Source: Micrococcus luteus NCTC 2665 (lineage in GTDB: Bacteria; Actinomycetota; Actinomycetes; Actinomycetales; Micrococcaceae). Taken from it: a DNA stretch of 32,000 nucleotides. The DNA is taken from positions 2,469,098 through 2,501,097 of the forward strand of contig NC_012803.1 in the NCBI RefSeq assembly GCF_000023205.1, in the 5' to 3' direction. Under the pieces are notes generated by a model. The model was not told the origin of the DNA. It did no database searches and saw only the letters and a program-made list of their open reading frames with translations. The position numbers and the translations under genes were made by a program. Shown here piece by piece: positions 26,447 through 32,000 of the stretch; positions within the stretch are counted from its first letter, which is position 1; every line of letters starts with the position of its first letter.

Positions 26447-26462
26447 TGTTTCACGTGAAACC
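26447..26462. promoter_or_regulatory. parS site 6 (TGTTTCACGTGAAACC, perfect 14-bp core)
   Basis: Perfect GTTTCACGTGAAAC palindrome. Confidence 0.88.
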
Positions 26463-26691
26463 CCCGGTGACCGGCCGATTACTCGACGCCCTGGTTCCCA
26501 CGTCGCTGCAAGCGACAGAACCACACGGCCCGCCCCATCCCGCACGGAGCCGCCGCGGGCTCCCCGGGGGGCCTCTACCGCAGTCACCATTGACACGCCG
26601 TCCCCGTGCCCAGCCGTCAGACGCCACAGGAGACTGAGCAGGACTCATCAACACCGCAGAGACATCTACCGCCGCACACCTTAGACGTCCC

Positions 26692-26713
26692 TTGTCCACA
26701 GATGTTGTCCACA
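26692..26713 (+). promoter_or_regulatory. two perfect tandem DnaA boxes (TTGTCCACA at 26692-26700 and 26705-26713, same orientation)
   Basis: cccTTGTCCACAgatgTTGTCCACAtatcaacatcaacg. Both 9-mers equal the actinobacterial DnaA-box consensus. They are followed by the most AT-rich patch of the region; line 26701-26760 is about 52% G+C by hand count. Confidence 0.75.
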
Positions 26714-27468
26714 TATCAACATCAACGTTCGCTGGTGACCACGTCAAGACGCCTGTTGGCCAGTTCAACCACTTGCCTCTGTATACATTGGGGGCACACG
26801 ACCGCTCTTCCTCACTGGAGGCTCTCTTTCTCCGCACACAGGAATGCACAGCAGAACTGTCCTTCAGGCGCCGCCAATCGGCCCCTCCAACTCAGACGAA
26901 TCACAGCAGACCCCCTCGCCGCTGACGTCCCCTCTCGCACACGCTGACTGACAGACCGGCCGCGCACCCCCGCGACGGCACTCTGACTCGTGCTCCGCTC
27001 TGGCCCCCGATTCCCTGCACGTCACCGACGGCGAGGAGGTCTGACATGGGGGAGGGGGCACCCAGCCACGGCACCCGGCCTGCTCGACGGCTGCATTCTC
27101 GGGGCTGCCACGAGCCCGCCTGGGGCGGCAGGGACGGGCCATGCCCTGCACGTCCGCAGCCGCCGGTTAGGACGTTCCCTACGAACCGCGCAGCTCCCGA
27201 GGCGCACCTCAACGCACGGTGCACCGCCGGCCGGCCATCACAGCCGCGGTCCCGCCCCAGGGCGAAACCGTCCTCCCCGTGACTTCGTGCGTCGCCGCCC
27301 CCGGCTGCCCCCACGCCTGGCGACAGATGCGCCCCGCCCACAACGGAGCGGCAGAGGGCTCGGCCCAGGGGAGGAGAGGGGAGCGGGACAGACGGGAGCG
27401 GTCCACTACGGGCACCCCTCCCCATCGTCCCATCGCGGCGGCACGACGCTCGCACCCTCGGAGGGGGT

Positions 27469-27484
27469 CGTTTCACGTGAAACA
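27469..27484. promoter_or_regulatory. parS site 7 (CGTTTCACGTGAAACA, perfect 14-bp core)
   Basis: Perfect GTTTCACGTGAAAC palindrome, 165 bp downstream of the parA stop. Confidence 0.88.
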
Positions 27485-27552
27485 CGGTCGTCCGCTATGC
27501 CCAGCGATTCCGCTTGTCTTCCTGCCGCTTATCTCCCGGGCCGCACTCACTC

Positions 27553-27599
27553 ACGACGAAGCCCGCCGGGGGATCGCTCCCTCCGGCGGGCTTCGTCGT
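27553..27599 (-). terminator. terminator-like hairpin downstream of parA
   Basis: 17-bp stem: ACGACGAAGCCCGCCGG (27553-27569) pairs with CCGGCGGGCTTCGTCGT (27583-27599). It lies 50 nt after the parA stop (27649). No U-tract, as is common in high-GC actinobacteria. Confidence 0.6.
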
Positions 27600-27648
27600 C
27601 GTCAGCAGCGCCACCCGGCGACCACCGCAGCAGCGGGTCGCCTGCGCG

Positions 27649-28596
27649 TCAGCCCTTCAGGGCCGTCGGCGCACCGCGGCCGGCGATCTCCGCGGCCGCC
27701 TCCCGGTACGCCACGGCGCCGGCCGAGGCCGGGTCGTAGGTCAGCACCGTCTGCTGATAGCTGGGGGCCTCGGAGATGCGGACGTTGCGGGGGATCGCGG
27801 TGTTCAGCAGCTGCTCCGGGAAGTGCGTCCGGACCTCCTCCGCCACCTGCACGGCGAGGTTGGTCCGCGCGTCGAACATCGTCAGCAGGATGGTGCTCAC
27901 CTTGAGGCGCGGGTTCAGGTGTTTCTGGATCATCTGCACGTTCTTGAGCAGCTGCGAGAGGCCCTCGAGGGCGTAGTACTCGGCCTGGATCGGGATGAGC
28001 ACCTCCTCAGCCGCCACGAACGCGTTGACCGTCAGCAGGCCCAGGGACGGCGGGCAGTCGATGAACACGTAGTCCAGCCGCTCCTGCCCGACCTCCTCGC
28101 GCCAGGCGGTGTACGCCTCGAGCGCCCGCGACAGTCGCTGTTCGCGGGCCACCAGCGAGACCAGCTCGATCTCGGCACCGGCCAGGTCGATCGTCGCGGG
28201 CACCACCTGCAGGCCGTCCACGTCCGGGGCGTCCTGCACGACGTCCTGGATCTCCATCTCGCCCAGGAGCACGTCGTACACGGAGGCCACGTCTCCGGTG
28301 TGGGGGATGTTCAACGCGGTGGATGCATTGCCCTGCGGGTCGATGTCCACCACCATCACCCGCATGCCCGCGCGGGCGAGGGCCGCGGCCAGGTTGACCG
28401 TCGTCGTCGTCTTGCCGACGCCGCCCTTCTGGTTGGACGTCGTGAATACGCGGGTGCGGTCGGGGCGCGTCAGACGGCGACGCTGGAGCCGCGCGGGCTC
28501 CTCGGCGTCGGCGCCGCCCTTCTCGGCGGTCCGGCCGGTCCACTTCTGGCGCAGGGCCCTCCAGGCCCCACCCCGGCTCTCCTGCTCCTGCGCCAT
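27649..28596 (-). CDS. parA: chromosome partitioning ATPase ParA/Soj
   Basis: Deviant Walker A SNQKGGVGKTTTTVNLA, plus VMVVDIDPQGNAS and YVFIDCPPSLGLLT. ATG at 28596 with AGGAGG upstream. About 50-aa basic N-terminal extension, typical of actinobacterial ParA. Confidence 0.95.
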   Translation of the reverse strand: MAQEQESRGGAWRALRQKWTGRTAEKGGADAEEPARLQRRRLTRPDRTRVFTTSNQKGGVGKTTTTVNLAAALARAGMRVMVVDIDPQGNASTALNIPHTGDVASVYDVLLGEMEIQDVVQDAPDVDGLQVVPATIDLAGAEIELVSLVAREQRLSRALEAYTAWREEVGQERLDYVFIDCPPSLGLLTVNAFVAAEEVLIPIQAEYYALEGLSQLLKNVQMIQKHLNPRLKVSTILLTMFDARTNLAVQVAEEVRTHFPEQLLNTAIPRNVRISEAPSYQQTVLTYDPASAGAVAYREAAAEIAGRGAPTALKG

Positions 28597-28670
28597 GCGG
28601 CTCTACCTCCTGGGTCGCGGGTGTGCGGATCTGCTGCCGCCCGGCCCGTCCCGTCCCGGTGGGGGAGGGG

Positions 28671-29396
28671 TCAGCGGGGACGCGCGCTGACGCGCACGAC
28701 GGTGGTGGTCTCGGGCAGCAGGCCCTCGCCCACCGTGAGGATCTCGGGCTCGGCACCACCATACTTGCGCAGGACCTTGCGGGCGGCGGCGATCTCGTCG
28801 GCCGCGGAGCGGCCCTTGATGGCCAGCAGCTCCCCGGCGCCCTGCAGCATCGGCATGGTCAGCGGTACGAGGGTCTTCAGCGCGGACACGGCGCGGGCGG
28901 TCACGACGTCGACGTCGAGGTTCCCGGAGACCTGCTCGGCGCGGCCGCGGATCACGTCCACGTTCTCCAGGCCGAGGTCGGCGACCACCCTGTCCAGCCA
29001 CTCCACGCGCCGCTCGAGCGGCTCGATGAGCAGGAACTGGCAGTCGGGGCGCGCGAGCGCGAGGCACAGGCCGGGCAGGCCCGCGCCGGAGCCGACGTCG
29101 GCCACGAGCGCGCCCTGCGGGAGGAGCTCCTCGACCACGGCGCAGTTCAGGACGTGGCGCTCCCAGAGACGGGGTGCCTCGCGCGGGCCGATCAGGCCCC
29201 ACTCGATGCCGGTGTCCGCCAGGTGGGCCACGTATGCCTCGGCCCGGGGGAGGGCCTCGCCGAACAGCTCGACGGCGGCCGGCCGCAGCGCGTCGGTCAG
29301 CGGCGGCGCCGGCTGCCCCACGGGCGCGGGGCGGTCGCCCCGGTCCTGCGGATCCAGCCCGGGGCGCCGCTCGTAGGCCGAGCCCCGCTCAGTCAT
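28671..29396 (-). CDS. rsmG: 16S rRNA (guanine527-N7)-methyltransferase RsmG/GidB
   Basis: WERHVLNCAVV, SAM motif ADVGSGAGLPGLCLA, AVSALKTL. Its ATG overlaps the jag stop (8-nt overlap). Confidence 0.92.
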   Translation of the reverse strand: MTERGSAYERRPGLDPQDRGDRPAPVGQPAPPLTDALRPAAVELFGEALPRAEAYVAHLADTGIEWGLIGPREAPRLWERHVLNCAVVEELLPQGALVADVGSGAGLPGLCLALARPDCQFLLIEPLERRVEWLDRVVADLGLENVDVIRGRAEQVSGNLDVDVVTARAVSALKTLVPLTMPMLQGAGELLAIKGRSAADEIAAARKVLRKYGGAEPEILTVGEGLLPETTTVVRVSARPR

Positions 29397-29973
29397 CGGC
29401 GGAGATGACCACGTGCCGGCGGGCGCCCTCGCCCTCCGACTCGGAGGTCAGGCCGGCGTCCGCGACGACGTCGTGGACGATCTTGCGCTCGTACGCGCCC
29501 ATGGGCTCGAGGTGCACGGGACCCTCGCCGTCGCGGACGCGCTCGACGGCCGCCTGGGCGGCGGTGCGCAGGGCGACGTTGCGGCGCTCCCGGTGCCCGC
29601 AGACGTCCAGGATCAGCCGGGAGCGGTGCCCCGTGGCGGCGAGCACGGCCAGCCGGACGAGCTCCTGCAGGGCCTCCAGGGTGCGGCCGTCGGGGCCGAC
29701 GAGGCCGTCCAGGCGCTCGTCGTGGTCCTCGGAGACGACGGACACGTACGTGCGCCCGTCGCGGACCTCGATGTCGATGTCCCCGTCCAGGTCCGCGATG
29801 TCGAGCAGCTCCTCGACGTAGTCCGCGGCGACGTCGCCCTCCTCCTCGAGGCGGCGCACCGCCTCCGAGACGGCGGCATCGTCCTGCTCCGCGACGCGAG
29901 AGCCCTGGCCCGCGGGGGTCTCGACGACGGCGTCCTCGGCCTCGGGGGCCGGGGTCACGTTCTCGGCGGACAT
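29389..29973 (-). CDS. jag: Jag/KhpB-like R3H and KH domain RNA-binding protein
   Basis: KH-like (VGPDGRTLEALQELVRLAV) and R3H-like (LEPMGAYERKIVHDVVADAGLTSESEGEGARRHVVI) C-terminal domains. The ATG at 29973 has AGGAGGA 7 nt upstream; the track's GTG at 29979 is too close to the RBS. Confidence 0.88.
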   Translation of the reverse strand: MSAENVTPAPEAEDAVVETPAGQGSRVAEQDDAAVSEAVRRLEEEGDVAADYVEELLDIADLDGDIDIEVRDGRTYVSVVSEDHDERLDGLVGPDGRTLEALQELVRLAVLAATGHRSRLILDVCGHRERRNVALRTAAQAAVERVRDGEGPVHLEPMGAYERKIVHDVVADAGLTSESEGEGARRHVVISADD

Positions 29974-29975
29974 GC

Positions 29976-30974
29976 TCACTTCCTCCTGCGGTTCTTGCGC
30001 TGGGGCTGGACGCGCTGACCCGACTGGCGGACGACCTCACCGTTCAGCACGGCACCGCCGCGGCCCGCCTGGGTGTGTGCGGACGAGGGCGTGGCCTCGG
30101 CGTTCGACACCTTCTGGCCCACGGGGGGCAGGCCCTTGGCGGCGCGGCGCTCGTTGAGCTCCTTCTCGGCGAGGGAGCCCGGGGTCGGGTTGTTGCGGAT
30201 GATCCACCACTGCTGGCCGACGGCCCAGAAGTTGGAGTAGGTCCAGTACAGGAGCACGCCGATGGGGAAGTTGATGCCGCCGATGCCGAAGATCAGGGGC
30301 ATGGCGTAGAGCATGATCTGCTGCGTCTGCATCATCGGGCCGGAGAGGGCCTGCTGCGTCATGTTCTTCGTCATGAGCATCTTCTGCATGAAGAACATCG
30401 AGCCCGACATGAGCAGGATCAGCACGATCGCCGTGACGATCACGGGCCCGCTGCCCGGCGCGCCGAGCGAGTTCATGAAGGTGTCCGACATGCGGGCGCC
30501 GAAGATCGTGGAGCCCTCGAAGGAGCGGATCTGGTCCGCGGACAGGGCGTCCATGGCCTCGCCGCGCTCGGCCGCGCCGCGGGCGCCGATCAGCACCTGG
30601 TACAGCGCGAAGAAGAACGGCATCTGGATCAGCAGCGGCAGGCAGGCGGCGAACGGGTTCGCCTTGTGCTCCTTCATGAGCGCCTGCTGCTCCATGGCCA
30701 TGGCCTGGCGGGAGAGCTGGTCCTTCTTGCCCTTGTACTTGGCCTGCAGCTTCTGCAGCTCGGGCTGGATGGCCTGCATGGCGCGCTGCGCCTTGATCTG
30801 CTTGACGAACAGCGGGATCAGCAGGGTGCGGATGAGCACCACCAGCAGGAGGATGGACAGGGCCCACGTCCAGCCGGAGTCCGCGGGCAGGCCCGCAAAC
30901 TCCAGGATGCTGTGGAACGCCCCGAGCAGCCAGGACATCAGCCAGCGGAACGGGGAGAGGATGGCTTCGAACAT
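29976..30974 (-). CDS. yidC: membrane protein insertase YidC
   Basis: WALSILLLVVLIRTLLIPLFVKQIKAQRAMQAIQPELQKLQAKYKGKKD...NPFAACLPLLIQMPFFFALY. ATG at 30974 with AGGAGGA 9 nt upstream. Confidence 0.93.
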   Translation of the reverse strand: MFEAILSPFRWLMSWLLGAFHSILEFAGLPADSGWTWALSILLLVVLIRTLLIPLFVKQIKAQRAMQAIQPELQKLQAKYKGKKDQLSRQAMAMEQQALMKEHKANPFAACLPLLIQMPFFFALYQVLIGARGAAERGEAMDALSADQIRSFEGSTIFGARMSDTFMNSLGAPGSGPVIVTAIVLILLMSGSMFFMQKMLMTKNMTQQALSGPMMQTQQIMLYAMPLIFGIGGINFPIGVLLYWTYSNFWAVGQQWWIIRNNPTPGSLAEKELNERRAAKGLPPVGQKVSNAEATPSSAHTQAGRGGAVLNGEVVRQSGQRVQPQRKNRRRK

Positions 30975-30979
30975 GGGGG

Positions 30980-31348
30980 TCAATCCTCCTGCGGGAGATC
31001 AGGTGGGATGGGAGGGTGGTTTAGGGCGAGGATGCGCGGCTGCCGGCCCGGCGGCCAGCGTCGGTGCCCGGGCGGGACCGGGTCCACGCCGCCGTCGTTC
31101 CAGGGATGGCACCGGCCGATGCGCCGCGCGGCGAGCCACGACCCCTTCACCGCGCCGTGCACGTGCACGGCCTCCAGCCCGTAGGCGGAGCAGCTGGGGA
31201 AGAACCGGCACACGGGTCCGTACAGCGGGGAGACCACGGCCCGATAGACCGTGAGCAGGCCCGCCAGCAGGGCGGACGGCAGCGCGCGCAGCGGCCCCCA
31301 CTCACGGGAGGGCTCGAGCACGACGAAGGGCGAGGGCGTGACGGTCAT
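30980..31348 (-). CDS. yidD: membrane protein insertion efficiency factor YidD
   Basis: [58 protein letters not shown] is a canonical YidD. Confidence 0.9.
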   Translation of the reverse strand: MTVTPSPFVVLEPSREWGPLRALPSALLAGLLTVYRAVVSPLYGPVCRFFPSCSAYGLEAVHVHGAVKGSWLAARRIGRCHPWNDGGVDPVPPGHRRWPPGRQPRILALNHPPIPPDLPQED

Positions 31349-31747
31349 CTACGCGTGCTCCGAGGCGGCGGGCAGGTGCGGCTTCAGGGCCTTGCCGAGC
31401 GCGCCGACGGTCTCGCGGCGCAGCAGCGCGTAGTCCGCCTCGGCGGCGGCAGGCAGCGCGCGGACCTGCACCAGAACCGGCAGGTCGCGCAGCGGGGGCA
31501 GGCGCATCTGCTCCGCGACGACGGCGCGCAGCCGCCGCTTCACCCGGTTGCGGGTCACCGCGTTCCCCACGGCCTTGGACACGACGAACCCGGCCCGCGG
31601 CCGAGGGGCGCTCGGCGACGTGGACCGGGTCTGATCGGGGTCCGTGGCGACGCTCACCACGACGGTGCGCCGACCCGCGCGGGTGCCGGTGCGACCGAGG
31701 TGACGGAACTCCGCGGGCGTGCGGACGCGACGGTCACGGGGCAGCAC
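31349..31747 (-). CDS. rnpA: ribonuclease P protein component
   Basis: VLPRDRRVRTPAEFRHL...GFVVSKAVGNAVTRNRVKRRLR (RNR motif). I prefer the GTG at 31747; the longer track ORF would overlap rpmH. Confidence 0.85.
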   Translation of the reverse strand: MLPRDRRVRTPAEFRHLGRTGTRAGRRTVVVSVATDPDQTRSTSPSAPRPRAGFVVSKAVGNAVTRNRVKRRLRAVVAEQMRLPPLRDLPVLVQVRALPAAAEADYALLRRETVGALGKALKPHLPAASEHA

Positions 31748-31775
31748 GGGGCGCGCCGTCCCTGGACCGAGGTCC

Positions 31776-31913
31776 TCAGGCGGACAGCTCGGCGCGGTTC
31801 TTGCCGCGGCGAGCGGACAGGATGGCGCGGCCGGCGCGGGTGCGCATGCGGGCACGGAAGCCGTGCTTGCGGGCACGACGGCGGTTGTTGGGCTGGAACG
31901 TGCGCTTGGTCAC
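31776..31913 (-). CDS. rpmH: 50S ribosomal protein L34
   Basis: Not in the ORF track because it is 45 aa. The reverse-strand translation reads (GTG)[45 protein letters not shown], with GGAGAG 6 nt upstream of the start. Confidence 0.95.
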   Translation of the reverse strand: MTKRTFQPNNRRRARKHGFRARMRTRAGRAILSARRGKNRAELSA

Positions 31914-32000
31914 TGTGATCTCTCCACGACGTGTTGTGTGCCTTCGACCGTCGACCTGAGCAGGTGGACCAGGGGGAAGGACCGGTGAGGCTCTGACATG

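Noticed and set aside
26692-26735. Calling the DnaA-box pair the chromosomal oriC
   Set aside because: There are only two perfect boxes, one weak box and a short AT-rich patch. Actinobacterial oriC normally has many boxes between dnaA and dnaN, which lie outside this window. It is reported as a DnaA-binding locus of unknown role instead.
27013-27154. 11-bp direct repeat CCCTGCACGTC (27013-27023 and 27144-27154)
   Set aside because: One 11-mer recurrence within about 2.5 kb is roughly what chance predicts, so it is not significant.
25373-27484. Could the repeated palindrome array be a CRISPR array?
   Set aside because: The repeat unit is only 14-16 bp and fully palindromic. Spacings are irregular (about 91 to 1022 bp), and no cas genes or leader are present. 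The sequence is the universal parS consensus.
25131-27648. The spacer as an IS element, prophage remnant or integrated plasmid
   Set aside because: I could find no transposase, integrase or rep-like ORF, no terminal inverted repeats or target duplications, and no tRNA. The lower GC is noted, but a mobile-element call is not supportable from sequence alone.
25127-27739. Track ORFs inside the parB-parA spacer (for example 25127..25882 -, 25767..26135 +, 25976..26320 -, 26164..26637 +, 26901..27485 -, 26990..27739 +, 27219..27905 +)
   Set aside because: The translations are Arg/Pro/Gly/Ser-rich with no recognisable domain. The ORFs overlap one another on both strands and have no convincing RBS. 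Composition is unlike the native high-GC3 genes, and several merely read through the parS palindrome (FHVK, VSRET). I treat them as non-coding, pending BLASTX.
31914-32000. DnaA boxes in the rpmH upstream (rpmH-dnaA side) sequence
   Set aside because: Only 2-3-mismatch candidates (for example GGTGGACCA) fall within the 87 nt available. That is too little sequence and too weak a match to call.

Overview
High-GC (roughly 68-73% in coding lines I hand-counted) actinobacterial chromosome segment, Micrococcales-like, from the origin-proximal region. Most of it is conserved core. Gene order is: a partial glutaryl-CoA-dehydrogenase-like ACAD; a divergent rimK / retropepsin-like protease / AstE-like carboxypeptidase cluster; an MFS transporter; a lower-GC singleton DUF3800 gene; the rpsF-ssb-rpsR-rplI operon; an M18 aminopeptidase; a small membrane protein; a GT87/DUF2029 membrane glycosyltransferase; ino1; a frameshifted acyltransferase-3/SGNH O-acyltransferase; a Rho_N-domain protein; then cca, a NUDIX hydrolase, murJ, a MurJ-associated pseudokinase-like membrane protein, trxB and trxA; and finally the classical block parB ... 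parA-rsmG-jag-yidC-yidD-rnpA-rpmH on the minus strand. dnaA/oriC is expected just beyond the right edge. The most unusual feature is that parA and parB are not adjacent. They are separated by about 2.5 kb (25131-27648) of apparently non-coding, lower-GC DNA. This spacer carries seven chromosomal-type parS palindromes (five with a perfect GTTTCACGTGAAAC core), two perfect tandem actinobacterial DnaA boxes (TTGTCCACA) next to a locally AT-rich patch, and a strongly C-over-G skewed stretch. parA has its own terminator-like hairpin. I interpret the spacer as a dedicated centromere island that may couple segregation (ParB) to DnaA; this is inference. Other items worth a second look: the RimK (with an RCK_C-like tail) plus two putative peptidases about 6 kb from its presumed substrate gene rpsF; a frameshift in the AT3-SGNH gene that falls on a formal X_XXY_YYZ heptamer (CCCGGGT); an approximately 150-residue E/R/K/A-only (single-alpha-helix-like) segment with in-frame DNA repeats in the pseudokinase-like protein; an approximately 165-residue low-complexity insertion in ParB; a 17-bp perfect direct repeat upstream of rpsF; and a SigH/SigR-type promoter candidate upstream of trxB. 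All calls come from reading the sequence and translations by eye; no database searches were run.
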